This document shows, in pieces, positions 14,041 to 27,060 of a stretch of 64,000 nucleotides of DNA (position 1 is its first letter; the number at the start of each line of letters is the position of its first letter). The notes below the pieces were generated by a model. It ran no database searches. It was not told the DNA's origin and was given only the letters and a program-made list of their open reading frames with translations. The DNA is taken from positions 1 to 64,000 of the forward strand of contig CM052846.1 in the NCBI GenBank assembly GCA_028534125.1, in the 5' to 3' direction. The stretch comes from Lama glama (Eukaryota). The translations under genes were made by a program, and so were the position numbers.

Positions 14041-16829
14041 CTGCCATTTTCCACTCCCGACATGAGCAACACCCGAAGACGTCCTATTACTGATCAGAAT
14101 CACTGGAATGCAATTCCCCTGACAGCAGCTATAGCTGCACTGTTCACGGCTGTGTTCCTGGGGCTGAAAGCAAATCTGGGCGTAGAGTAGGGGCTCGACA
14201 CATACTGGAGGGATGGAGGGGCAAAGAGAGAGATGGAGGGAGGGAGGGACTTGCTTTCTAGGAACCTGCTGAACTCAAAGGCTTTGTTAAGGCTTTGTAA
14301 AGGCCACTCATTCGAAGGGGAAAAAATGAGCAGCATGAGGGGAATTAGCCCACAGTTCCCGAAGTGACTCAGCGGCAGCACATTTCACGCCAGGCCTGCA
14401 CTGGGAAAAGCACGCTGGGAGGTCGGGGCTGGGGAAAGGCGCCACGGCCCTGGGCCGGGGACGCTGTGGGTTCTCGCCCGTCCAGTCTCGGAAGGCTGCT
14501 GCAAGGAGCCAAGACGTAAAACCCTGTTTTCCTGTTTGGAAAATGAACCCGGTGCTGGGAGAGGAGCAGGAGGGGCGTCCTCCCCAAGGAAGCGCTCGAG
14601 GTGGAACTGAGGCCAGGCCAGGCGGCGGGCCGAGGAGGCCGCTCCTGGAGCGCACAGCCCCTCTGTGGCCTTGACAGAGTGGGAACACTGCAGCCTTGGC
14701 CGGCTCTGCTGAGACGTGCTCCTCAGGCCCCTGGCGAGTCCCACAGCCCCCACCACTGACGCCAGTCCGCCCCACGTGCTCTCGAGGCCGCCAGCTTGTG
14801 TCTCACCTCCAGCGGGGATTCCGGCCCAGCCTGGGGGTCCCCTTCTCTTCCACCCCCAGGGCTGATCCAGGAAACCAGACCCTGTGGCGCCAGGCCTGGA
14901 CAAAGCCCTCAGAGGACAGAACTGTCCACCCCACAGACAGAGAGGCCAGAGGTGCTTCCCCCCAACTCAGACCACTGTTCCCGACACGCGCCCCTCCCCA
15001 CCCTGCCCTGCCTGCCATCTCCTCCCTGCTTCTTTGTTGTTCTTCTTGTCCTCAAAACCATCCAGGTACCACATGTTTTCCTTTTTTACAGTCCGTCTGA
15101 GTCTAACTGTAACCCCAGTGAACGTGCACTCAGTAAACACCTGTGAAACCTTATCATTCATTCAAAACAATGTTTACGCATTTACTGTGGGGTCCACTGG
15201 GCAACTCAGGCCTGGGAGGCCCATCCACTTCCTGGTCTGTGGACCAGCCCATGAGGTGGAGGCCCTGGGCATGGCTGGAGCAGGACTACAGAGACCAGGG
15301 CAATCCCTCAAAGATGGACATCAGGGGAGGTGGACGCAGGACCAGAGGATGACAGGATGCGGAGGCAGGCACTGGTCCAGGCAAGTGCACAGCATCACCA
15401 CCTCATCACCCCGTGACCTGATGGCATCATGGGCCACCACACGCACTGCCCCCCAACCCCCGCCTTGACAGCCACGTCCTGGACACAGGACCCTCCTCCT
15501 CCAGGCGGGGCCAGCAGGCATGTGATGAATCTGGGATTCTCCAAAACCAGATCAGAGAGCAGCCTGTCCTGCCCAGAAGTGGGTCAGCCCATCAGAGGCC
15601 GTCAGCCATGGGCCACCCGTCAGCGAGGAGCTGGTCCCCACGTCCCCTGCCCTGCCCACCAGGAGCCTGTGGAAGAGTCGGAGCCCATGGTTGGCAGTGG
15701 CTGCCACACCCCGCGCCCCTGTCACTGAGCAGGCCCGACCCAATGGGAAGGAGCACATGTGTCGCCTTTCCTGAGAGCGTCTGGCCACTTGGCTCCAAAA
15801 CCCGCATTCCTTCTCCTGGAGACACAGAACGCGGCTAAAACGAAAGCAGTTAACTGAGGCCTTTTACTGCCACCAACGTGCTCTCTCTCTGTGGGACCAA
15901 GTCAGTTATTTCCTGGCGCAGAAAGCAGGCTGCCCTCATGGCAGAGCGGCCTCCTCTAGATGGCCCTCGAGGTGAGCACCCCTGTGGGTATCGGAAGCCC
16001 AAGTCTGAGTCCAAGTCGGGGACACATGTGCATCTGTGGTGCCGCCCTGCCCAGCTGAGAAGGGCTGTCACCCTGCCTGAGCTCACTGTCACTTTCTTAC
16101 CTGGGGGGCTGGTCAGGGAACCTTCCTCCTGCTGCACTCAGGATAGCAAGGGGCAGAGGAACCCACCGGACTCAGCCCGCGCTAATCTTTGCCACAGGTG
16201 GATGGCTTTGAGGACGTTAGTGAGAGAAAAGGCAGTGCCAACATCAGGCTGTGCCCCAGGGTGTCCGGGGCGTCCTCAGCCCCGCAGTACCCTACCCCCC
16301 AGCCCAGCCACCAGGCAGCGAGCACACGGTCTCGGGAGGGAATTAGCATCAACTAGACAGGACTGCTGGAGTGCTTCCGGTCACCCGCACACTGCGGGGT
16401 CTGGGAGGAACTTACGTGTTAGCGTCCACGTTCTCAAGGGTGTGTGGACAAACCAGCCGGGAAAACAAGCCCCACTCACAGGACACACATAGCTCGGGGA
16501 CCACACACAGGCGTCGAGGGGACAGCTCTAACAGTAGGTCCTTGGGACCAGAGGACGCAGACGCCCTGGCAAGCTGAGTCAGGAAGAAGAAGGCTTCCTG
16601 GGGGCTGGAGATGCCAGGAGTCAGCGGCCCTCCGCGGGTGGGAGGAGAGGCCTGGGGGTGGTGTCAAACCCTGCCTGGAGCAGCGACCCACACAAACCAA
16701 GTGCAGGAACCAGAGGGTGAGCCAGTAAGCAGTCCCACCCAGCCCACCTTGCCCCCGCACCTCAGCCACACTCGCTGTGTCAAAGCACTTTTCAGGTCCT
16801 AAGTCAAAATTAAACCCACAACCCTGTCT

Positions 16830-16950
16830 TATATCCATCTTACATGTGAGAAAACTGAGGCCCAGAGAGGGTGAGTGTCTGGGCCAAGGTCACACAGCCA
16901 CTAACGGTTGGAGCTGGGTTCTAAACTCAGGGAGTCTGGCTCCAGAATGC
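16830..16950 (+). mobile_element. MIR SINE
   Basis: atccatcttacatgtgagaaaactgaggcccagagagg...ccaaggtcacacagc...ggagctggg...gtctggctccaga, classic MIR core. Confidence 0.85.
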
Positions 16951-19900
16951 ACCAAATTATTTATCTCTCCCAGAGCCTTCCTTTCTTCAGAAGTGCTACC
17001 TCCCTAATTATCACCAACTGTGGCAGCAACGCCCACTGAGCTGTCACAGAAAACAGTTCCTCTTGCCCAGCCCCAGCCCCCTTTCCTTCTAGCCCCATCC
17101 CTGGGTTGGGCATCTGCTCCCCTGCTGGTTGGTCAGTACCTGGGGCTGAAGCTTGTGCACTCAGCCCACCCCAGCACCCCCCTTAGGCCCCCTGGGACCC
17201 CCACCCAGCAACGGTAAGATTCATACCTGAAAAGCCCCCATTTCTAGCCGCTGTGACACACGGCATCTGGCAGACGGACGCTGGCGGTGTCCAGAGGGTG
17301 CAACTGCTTATCCCTCCTGAGTGAAACGGGGTCCCACGTGCTCTGGGGTGACCCAGAGGACATGGCCTGGGGTAGGTCCGAGCGGCCATGGCCCGGGGGG
17401 TCAGACCTGGGGGAGGACACGGCCCGCAGAGCCAGCTCCACATCTGTCTCGGTGCCTCCACAGGTCCTTCCCTGGATGCTGAAAACCTGGGACCTTCAGC
17501 TGGTGACAGTTTTGATGAGCTGCACTGAAAACCTGTAAAGAAGTTTGAGATTTAACGTGACCAACTGCCTAACTGCTTCTCTTCACGTGTCTGTGAAAGT
17601 AACGTCCTCAAAGCAGAGCCTTGGGACCATCAGTCTGCCTGCCGCCTGCAGGGAGCCTGGCCTGGAGGTGTGGCCAGAGGGCCTGAGTCAGGGCTGACCC
17701 CGGGGGAAAGACGGGCAGGAAGCTGGACATGAGACAGGAGGGACGTGGGTGAGGCCAGAGGAGTCAACGGTGGCTCCAGGATTTGGGAGGTGACCGGGAG
17801 AGTGGAGACGCCAGAAATCACAGGAAAGTTAGAAGGTGACGGGTTCTGTGTTGAAAATGAAGAGTCAACAGACAGGCCAGCCTGGAACTTAGGAGGGAGG
17901 AAGATCCAGGGTCTGCCCTTCGTCAGAGGGTGGGGTTCATGCCTCAGTCCCCCAGCATCTTCAGAGCTTGAGGCTTCGTGCAAAGGTAAGGAGTGTGAAG
18001 TTGCAGGGAGGGGATGAGCAACCCCTACGGGGAGCACACGAAGAACAGGGGTGGCCCTGGGCAGCCCACCCTTGGGAGACCGGAGGGGAAAGTGAGCCAG
18101 GAACTGCCCTCGGCCACGAGCTTCACCCTCCGCGGGCCCCTGCGATGGACAGCGAAGCCCACAGGAGCACCCCTGGGGGTCCCACCTGGGACTTGGCGGA
18201 GGCCATCCGGTGACACGCCAAGACAGAAAGGCAGCAGAGAGGGATGACTCAGTCTTCCTCTCTGACCCCACACAGGGGCCTGTGGGCCGCCAGGTCGGGA
18301 GCAGGGCTGGCGCTTGTCCCCGGGGTGGGCGGCCTCCTCGCCTGCCCTCAGGCCCGGGGTCCCTGCCTCTTGAGGACTGGGTCGGGGTCCACCTGTGAAG
18401 TACATCTTACTTCTATTTCTTTCTCATCCTTTCCTTAAACTCGTCCTCAGGACAGACACATGCCCATCACCCCTCTACACACCACCTGGGGGAAGCAGGA
18501 GAGGTCCCTGCAGCAAACCACAGAGCTGGGGGGTGTTGGAGGGGGAGGTCCCACAGGCATTTTCCAGAAGCTTCCAGCCTGCCTCTCCCCCACAACCCCC
18601 CAAACAGACCACAGATCTCTGGAGTCAGACCATTCACAAAGGCACCTTGGGCTCTCTAATGCGGCTTTGGTGCTGCAGCAAAGAGCGGAAAAGGCCTAGG
18701 GGAAAATGCAGAGAGATTGGATCCAGCTTTCTTATCTCTGGGTGATTTGAGAAGCCCACTGCCACCCAGAGGTCAAGACTTCAAATTCCTGGGGCTGTCG
18801 AGCCTGAACCTCCCAACCCAGGTAGGAGAGGAAGCCCTCCCTGACCCCACAGGGGTGGCTGTGCTGACATGGCCCCTGACCCGGGCTCACAACCCAGTCC
18901 TGGTCACCAAAGGCAGGGCTTTGTATTCCACGTTCTGTGGAATCTCAGAGGTGGTTCAGAATATGCCAGCCAGAAAAGTCCCTCCAAATGCCACACTAGC
19001 TTCCCCAGAACCAGGGTTACTCTGCCCGCCAGTGGGTTCGCAGGGGTGTGGGCAACTTCCCGGAGGACACTGCACCCTCAGAGCAGGATGGCCAATAGGG
19101 ACGGGCTTCACCATGTGACCAGGGCCTCAAGGAAGCAGGCGCTCAGGAAGGTGAAACGAGTTTTCCAGGAAATAGGGCAGCCCATGCTCCCGCCCAGAGC
19201 TGTGCAACCCTGGAGCCCGCATGGAAGGGGCGGGCCCAGGAATACAGAAAGCGGTCTGGCCAAAGGGGCTGGGGAGACCTAGCACTGCCTCCTACCCTGC
19301 GTAGAGGCTGCAGGACTCTGTGCCCCCAGGCCCCCGTCCCACAACCTGGCTCAGGAGTCAGCCCAGCAGGCCCAAGAAGGAGCGGGTCCATCCCCACCAG
19401 GCTTCCCAGAATCTCCCCTGACACCAAGCGGACGTTATGTCATCCATTTCTCTCCGCAGGATGCTGGGTTTGGTAGAAGAAGAAACCGTGTGGGTTGAGA
19501 AACCCAGTCCCATTCCGCCCACCCTAGCCACTGGCTCCTTGAGGGAGATCAGAGGCCTCCCTGTGTCTCTGCTCTACGCTCCCACCCTCGGGTGATGGCT
19601 GCTGCCTGTCCTCTCTCCCCATCCCCCCACCCCCGGAGGGGCCCTGGATCTACCGCAGGTCCTTCGCAGCTGTCCCTCCCCCTAAGCCTTCTGCCAGAGC
19701 AGCAGGACCCAAACCCGTTGTGCGAGGACCTTCCCAAGAGCCAGGACTGGGGTCCGCTGAGCAGAGCCTGGGGGCCAGGACTGCCTTCGGGAACCTGTGC
19801 CACCTCACCTTAGCCCACGGCCAGGCACACAGCTGAGGCGCTGCGTGTCGAGGATGGAGGAGATGGCGGGGGGACCCTCTCCAGCAGAACCTGCCCTGTC

Positions 19901-22289
19901 AGGGAGGCGGGGCTCTGTCTCCGTGGCAAATTATCATCTCCGAGCCACGCTTCTCTCTAGAGTTGGGATCAAAGGACATGGACAGAAATCGTCAGGATGA
20001 GCACAGTCAGTCGGACAGCACAGCTCTGCTGAGCTGGAGTTTTGGGGGTTTGGTTTTGTTTTCTTTTCTCCTTGCTGAGATGTTTGGTAGAACAGCTGCG
20101 GGCACAGTCAGCGCCTTCCACCAAGAAGTCGGGAGGGGACGGCGGAGCCTCCTGTCCAAAGTGCCCCAAGCCACCAAACTGGTGTTGGGCCCAGCACCCA
20201 GACCTCAGTCTTTGGAGGGGTCCCCAGCGGGTCACTGGTCCCAGGATTGCTCAGGCACTTTGGTGGCTCCTGGAATCCTGTCTCCAGGGTCCACACGGGC
20301 CGGTGGGCAGACGGCCCACAGACCTTGACTCTGCTCCTGCAGGGTGACGGCCTATGTGCAAGTCCTACCTCCTGCGAGGGAGCCTCGTGAAAGCACCCCG
20401 ACTGGGACGCAGCTGGAAGCCAGCCATAGCACCAACCCCCAGATGCAGGCAAGGGCCGCATCAGAATCCCATTGCCTTGGCTTCTTCCCCTGTGAATAGG
20501 GGCGGCTCCAGAAGGGGCTTCTCCCACCAGGGTGAGAAAGGGACCAAGCACCTGCCTCTCTCCAACAGCCTCTGTCAGGCAGGCAGTGCTGAACGAGAAT
20601 GTCAGTAATGATGTTACCCGTACATATACTGCCGCCAATAAAGTGTTTCCTATTCAGAAAGCAACTGTTACGTGCACGGCACTCTGCGCCGCACGAAATA
20701 AAGCACAACGCAGCCAACCCTATGACCTACGGCTCAGTCAAGCTCACAGCACAGGTGCGCTCACTCACGCCCGCCCTCAGCGTCCATCGCACCATCACCG
20801 TCAGGCCCTGGCGCTGAGCCGGGCACCTCCGGACACGCTGAGACAAGCCAGATGCTGTTTCTAGCCTTGCAAGGAATTCCTTCTGTGAATAGCAGTGGGT
20901 TGCGAGTCACAAAAAGCCACAGAGGAAGCTGGGACCGGGGGACTTTGCAGCTGGGCCTGGGAGTGCGCAGTGGGGTTCTGCAGGTGGAAAGGGACGGTCG
21001 CCTTCAGAGTAGACAGAACAACACTACACGCTGCGGGGGCGGGGGAGCCACACACAGCATGAACAACTGACTGTAAAGAGCAGAACGTGATCAGTGTCAC
21101 GTGAGTGCTTCTGACAGTGAACGCCAGACAAGTCAGAGAAAGAGGTCTGCTGGGATCTGAGCGGTCAGGTAAGGGTTCTTACGAGACCCTGCACAAAGAG
21201 GTGGCTTTCCTGCGGTGAGCGGCAGGAGAGAGGGGCCCTCCCCCAACACGGAGGATGAGGTTAGAAGGACCAAACTGCGGGATGTCTGCAGCCCCTGGCC
21301 ACAGAGCTGGGAGAGGCCTTCTAGGAGGTGAGGGGTCCGAGGGAGGGGCTGGGGGAGTGGAGAGGTTCCCACCAGAAGTGGGCCTGGGGCTGCTGGGGTG
21401 CAGGGAAGGAAGGACCCGCCGCTCCATCCCCAGCCGGCTCCTGGCCCAGCCCGCAGCCCTGCCGTCCTCCAGCCTCACCCGCACAGCATGCAGACGCTCC
21501 TGCTCCTCATCCGAGAGAGGCTTTTCTACCAAAACAACATGGAAATGTTGCGGTCCCCTGGGCACAGTCCACCTTCTCTGATCGGGGATGGGGGCGGAGT
21601 GGTCCCTCTTCTTCCGTGCCGCTCTAGCACTTTCCTAACCAGCGAAGCCTGTGGAGCCACGATGACCATCTCTGCGCCGGGTGCTGCTGCAGCCAACAGC
21701 CCGGACGGCGCACCGAGGACTGGCCAGCGGTTACCAGGGGCCCGGGAGGAGAGAGCCCAGCCAGACCTGGGCCCAGCTCCACAAACAGAGTGGGCAGGGG
21801 GGTCCCGCCAGCCCTGCCAACACTTCCTCCTGGTCTGTCTTACAGATTTCTACGCCGTTGGTGTCGTGTTGGACGCAGTCTTGTGTCCTCACTTCTCCTA
21901 GCCCTCCCCGAGTTCTGCTTGCAACACGCTTCTCTTTCTGATCATTATCATTCGGGTGTCCAGCTAAGATGGAATTTCTTCTGGAAGATTTCCCTGAGGC
22001 CCCTCTCAGGGAATGGACTCTCCTAGCAGCCACCTGGTCCTAGACCTCTTCCACCAGCGTCCTCATCAGCAGTGGCAGGACCTCCAGGTTGGGCGAGGGC
22101 CCCAGGGGCAGGAGCGGTGCTGTTTTGACAGCTGTGTCCAGCGTAGTCCCTGGGCGTGTTAGTTCTTCACCCCATTCTTGCTGGACAGGCAGATGGATGG
22201 AGTCACATTTATGGTCCCATAATGTTTCACTGTAAGGACTTGCTGACTGAACAACTCTCAGTCGCTTGTTAACTCCTCTGTGACCTTGT

Positions 22290-22430
22290 CTCCCACTAAA
22301 GGTAAGTTCCACAAAGTGCAGAAACCGTGCACTGTCTGCTACCAATGAGACCCCGGCATCGGAGACGGATTTAGAACACAGCGCATCTGGATATTCACGG
22401 AGCCAGTGGCGTGACGAATGAATGAACATT
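22290..22430 (+). mobile_element. L2 LINE 3' end
   Basis: ccactaaaggtaagttccacaaagtgcagaaaccgtg...gaatgaatgaa terminal pattern. Confidence 0.55.
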
Positions 22431-22597
22431 TGGTCGTGATTATAAACAACACTGTGCATGAATCTCAGACGCGAAGGAGAACTATTTGACTAGACCGTCC
22501 TAATGTGTGCAGCAGCCTCTAGGTGAAGTAACCGTTCGTCACTGGTGACTCCCCATCAGTAAGTGCCAGTATGTCCTCAACTCACGGGAGCCCAACA

Positions 22598-22621
22598 AAC
22601 CCTAACCCTAACCCTAACCCT
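22598..22621 (-). repeat. Short interstitial telomeric repeat, (AACCCT)4
   Basis: Four perfect units read directly. Confidence 0.9.
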
Positions 22622-22639
22622 CTTCTTCCAAAATCTTTT

Positions 22640-23400
22640 CTCCCTTGGTAGGTGAAATAGTATCTCTTTCTTGCTCATTAGCATTTGATGTCGAGGGAGA
22701 ATTAACATTTCTGATGCATTTTCTTAGTCATTGATATTTCAAACTGCCCAGTTACGATCTTTGCCTATTTCCCTATTGAGTTTTAGGGATTTTTAGCCGA
22801 TACTGGCACAATTTACTCTGTTTTTGAAAGCTCTTTTTCCTTTATATCTGCCTTTTTGTAGTAGAATCCTTTTGACATATAGGGTTTCTTGATGTAATCA
22901 AATCCATAATTACTTATTTCACAGGCACTTTTATGCCTTGAATACCTTTTTACTGAGAGGTAAGGACTGACTTAAATTTTCGTCTCATTTCAACATGGTT
23001 AGATTTTTTCCCCCACAAACACGTACCCTTTTTGATACACAGTATAAAGTGAGGTTGTAAACTGCTTATTTTCCCAGCAGTATCTACTGCCTCCCCTTCT
23101 CCCTCCCACACTGAGACCCCCAACCTCCCATGTTATGTGAGGTCCCTTGTTGGGTCCCCCTGAGCTGTAAATAACCACTGCGTTGTATTCTTGGTAATAT
23201 ATCATACGTTCTAATAGCCAGGGAGACAGACCTCCCTCCCTCGTTCAACTTCTGTCATAATTCTTAGCTATTCATCTGTATGCTTTTTCCAATGAACTTA
23301 AAAAATATTTTGTCATCTTCCATTCCCCCTGGAAAATCAGTTTGATTGTAGAAAAATTGAACCTCTGAGTTTATGTGGGAAGAACTGGCATCGTTACGAT
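22640..23400 (-). mobile_element. Old L1M LINE fragment
   Basis: T-rich block unlike its GC-rich flanks (ggtgaaatagtatctc; ctttgcctatttccctattgagtt; ttttccaatgaactt...ttgattgtagaaaaattgaa). Confidence 0.65.
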
Positions 23401-26400
23401 GCCCACTTTTCTCCGGCCCCTTTCTTCCCGAGGCCCCCCCGTGAGTGTGGGGCGCTCTGTCTGGGGGCTGTGGGGGCCAGCGTGGGGGCTGCAGGTGTCT
23501 GGCAGGGCCCCTCCCTGGAGCAGAGCTCTGCCCACTGGCTCTAATGCGGCCTCCATACAGCAGTTACTCAGCTAACTTACAGCCCAAGTGAACATTTTGA
23601 TCTGAAATAGTTTGGTAAATGGGGCCAAAATGAAGGTGAGAAACAGGATGTAGAAAGTAGCAACATCATAGCATAATCACCCGAAAAAGAACCAGTGAAC
23701 GTGAGCCCTACCCCCGCCCGCTCGCTTACCCCCTCCCTGGGGCCTGGGTCTTTGCCTCTCTGACGTGGCTAGGTTGGACTACATAGTCCTGGAAGTCCTT
23801 GTGTTCTCCGAGTCACCAGGCCAACTTGCGAAGTGCTGTGCCTACATTTGCTCACTGATTAGAAAACCTGGAAGGTCCTGTCCACGGCCCCCAACCCCAG
23901 TTTCAGGGAACTCAATTTAACCCGGGCCTGACACACCTACAGGGCACGGGCCAGCCCAGGCCATCTGCCCCGGGGCTGAAGCAGGGCAGGGCGACAGTGA
24001 CTGAGGGCCCCCCACTGGCCACTCTGGGGTCTGCTGCTCTAGCCAGTCTCCTCTCCTCCTCAACCAGTCACGTGGGAGCAGCGCGAGGGCCCAGGAGGTT
24101 CTGGGAGGGGCGGGCAGTGGGCTGAGTGTGCTGAGTGCCATGGACAGAGTCCAAGCCCCAGTGACCACCAGTGACTGCTAGGGGAAGGGCCATCCCCAGT
24201 CCTGGAGGGTGCAGAAACGCACTCTGATTCTCAGACACCCACCCACCCACACGGACAAGTGGGCCCACCCAGTGTGGCTCTGGCCCAAATAAATAACAGC
24301 TGTCCCCCCCACCCCCCGCCCCCGGCTCTACTGGACAAGCCTGAGGGAGTGGCTTACTGTCTGAACCAAAGAGGCACGACTGACAAGCCCAGCCCTGCCC
24401 CAGGGCCAGAGAAATGGGCATCACAGGAAGGGGAAAGGGCGCTAGCCTCAGGGTCTTCACGGTAAATGGGGCATTTTTAATTACCTGAGTCGGCGTAGGT
24501 GCAGGGCCCCAGACATGGAGGAAATCAGCAATGCTATTTCCTTCCTTTCCTTTCCTAGCCCAGAAGCAGAGAGAAACTAGAAAGAGATCCAGTCAAAAAA
24601 GCGATTTAAATCTCAGCCCCCACCTAACAGGGTCCTGGTCCCCCAGCGGAGCTAGAAAGCCAGCAGAGCCCGGCTGCGGCCAGTACCGCAGGCGGCTCCC
24701 AAGGGGGCATCTCACAGGAGGAGGGATGAAGGGGCTGGGATGTGCGATGCCACCTCCCCCAAGGAGCCAGTGGCTCGGACACCCACCCCTGCCATCCACA
24801 GCTGGGCGTCCGTGAGCAGCTGCCTTCGCCTCCCAACACTCGGTTTCCCCTCCGTTGCTAACTAGCGAGGAAGTGTTCCCTGGAGACTGCACTGATGGGA
24901 GGGAGGAGGCACTGAAGGAGGAGAGCCCAGGGGCTGGGACTCCCTCCCCTCGGCTGGACAGAGAGAACACTGGGTTACTGCCTCTAAGAAACAGCATTCC
25001 TTTGTTCAGGATTCTGGTTTTGGATTATTTCTTCCTAGAGGCTTAATTGGAAAGAAAAATACGATTTCCTTGCATTGTTATTAAAAGCATCAGTTAATCC
25101 TGCTGTGAGGAGCTGCACTTTACTTGGGAGGGGCGGGGGAGTGGATTGGACCCTGGGCTGGTGTGTCATTGGTGCACAAGCCCTTCAGGCTCCTGGCGTC
25201 TTGCCAGGCAGTCCACTGCCCTGCTGACCTGCCGGGTGCAGGGAGGGCAAGGGGGAAAGTGTCCGTGGCCCCTGCTGACCTCCACCAGCATCCTGGGCGA
25301 GCACCAGCCCCGCCTCACCCAGCAGGACTGCAGCCAGACGACATCCAGGAAAGGGGACTGTGGTCCTTCCCCCACGTGGAGTGTGTGAAGTTCCTGCTGC
25401 CCTCTCCCAGGGCTGGTGTGCATACAGCAGGTCCCCTTCTGCAGCTGCCAGACCGTTCTGCACCCACAGCCTGCCAGCCTGAGCTTCTCCTGGCTGCCCC
25501 ACCTGCCGAGCTCTTAGCCTACCTCAACTTCCACGGCCTCTGGGACCCGTCTGGCTGGCTTCCCTGCTGCTGAAACCTGCCCCAGGCTGCCCTGCTCTGC
25601 CCAGGTGTACCTCACCACCCCAGGTGTACTTGGTACCGAGTAAACCCTCAGTTCTGGCACCTGCCCAGCCCCCTTTGAGTGGTATCAAGCCCATTGCCAT
25701 GACTGATTCACCTGAGAAGCAAGGGTCTTTATCACCTCGATGCTAAACCGACAATGCTAAACCATTTCACTGCACGATGACTAAGAAGTAACTAAGTTTA
25801 GACACAGCCATACGTGCAAATCGAAGATATTAGAGTTAACAGAAATCTGAGACCTGGCTCATGTAGCCCAGCTACCCCATTCCAGCGTTAAAAAGACTCG
25901 GGCTCAGGGAAGGGAAGCAATGCCTAGGGTCACACCGCACTCCAACCACTTACAAAGATGAGAAGGGTTCCTCAGGACCCAGTGGGGCAATGGGGATGGT
26001 TTAGGTATGTCTGCGTGGAGGCTGTGGGAGGCGGGGCCAGGGCTCAGCTGTGGGGAATACAGGGGGGATATCTGGCTAATGGGAGCTTCTCTGGCTCCTC
26101 CAAGGTCGGTGTTGCTAGAACATGGGTCCCAAGAGATAAAAGGAAGTTTCTGAAATTCTGTGTCCATGACTGGCCCCCAGCCATCTCTGCGTGTTCCTGT
26201 TCCCCAACCCTTTCCCCTGTGCCTCAACTCAGCTGACCCGAGCTCAGACAGTGTGGCCAAGGCACCCAGAATCAGAGGCCAGAAGTGGGGCCTGCATTCT
26301 CAGCACTCACAGTGGGAGTGTGAGGACGAGACTGGGAGAGCGTGCTCCTCCCACCATGCTGGCTTCCTATCTAACCTGTCTGAGCTGCACCCCAGGAGGT

Positions 26401-26712
26401 GAGATGACAGAGCACATTGGATTCAGCCAGAGGAACACCTGTGCTTCTGGTCTTCCTTTCTCTAGGGGCCCAGTGGCTCCGCCGCTCTAACTGGGCTGCA
26501 GGACAGAGAAGGGATCCAAAGCCTACACAGCAGGAGGACCCAGCTCCCTGTGCAGCGCACGCTGAGGAGCTGAATGACGCGTAATTCAGTTAAAGGAGAA
26601 GGAAGCAAACCTCATCACAACAACTGAAAACATAAACACAACAAATAAACAGCTGCTTTGAGTCGGCAACAAGGAGGCCAATTGGATCTCTGCAGAAAGA
26701 AAAATGCCGTCT

Positions 26713-27060
26713 TGTGTGTGTGCGCACACGTGTGTGTGTGCGTGTGTGTGTGTGTGTCTTGGGAGGGGCAACTCCTTCAAGAAGCTGCAGCTGCAAGCAG
26801 CTTGGAGCACAACGTTAACCAAGTTCCTGAACAACCTGCCAGGTTAGAACTGCACCTCACAGTGCATAGAGGAGGGTCCCGAGCTGCAGGACGAGCAGGC
26901 TGCACCCCCACATGCCACAACCATGCACACGTCCCCCCACCCATGTGCACACACGTGCCCAACCATGCACATGTGCCCCACCACACACCCACACACACAC
27001 GTCCCCACCACACACACACCCCCACCAAGTACATGCACACAAAGACACGTACACACACTC
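26713..27060. repeat. (TG)n microsatellite followed by a CA-rich low-complexity tract
   Basis: TG run at 26713-26757; degenerate CA/CAC repeats at ~26905-27060. Confidence 0.85.

Noticed and set aside
24131-24151. REST/RE1-like sequence CTGAGTGCCATGGACAGAGTC
   Set aside because: Right half fits but the left half has three mismatches to TCAGCACC.
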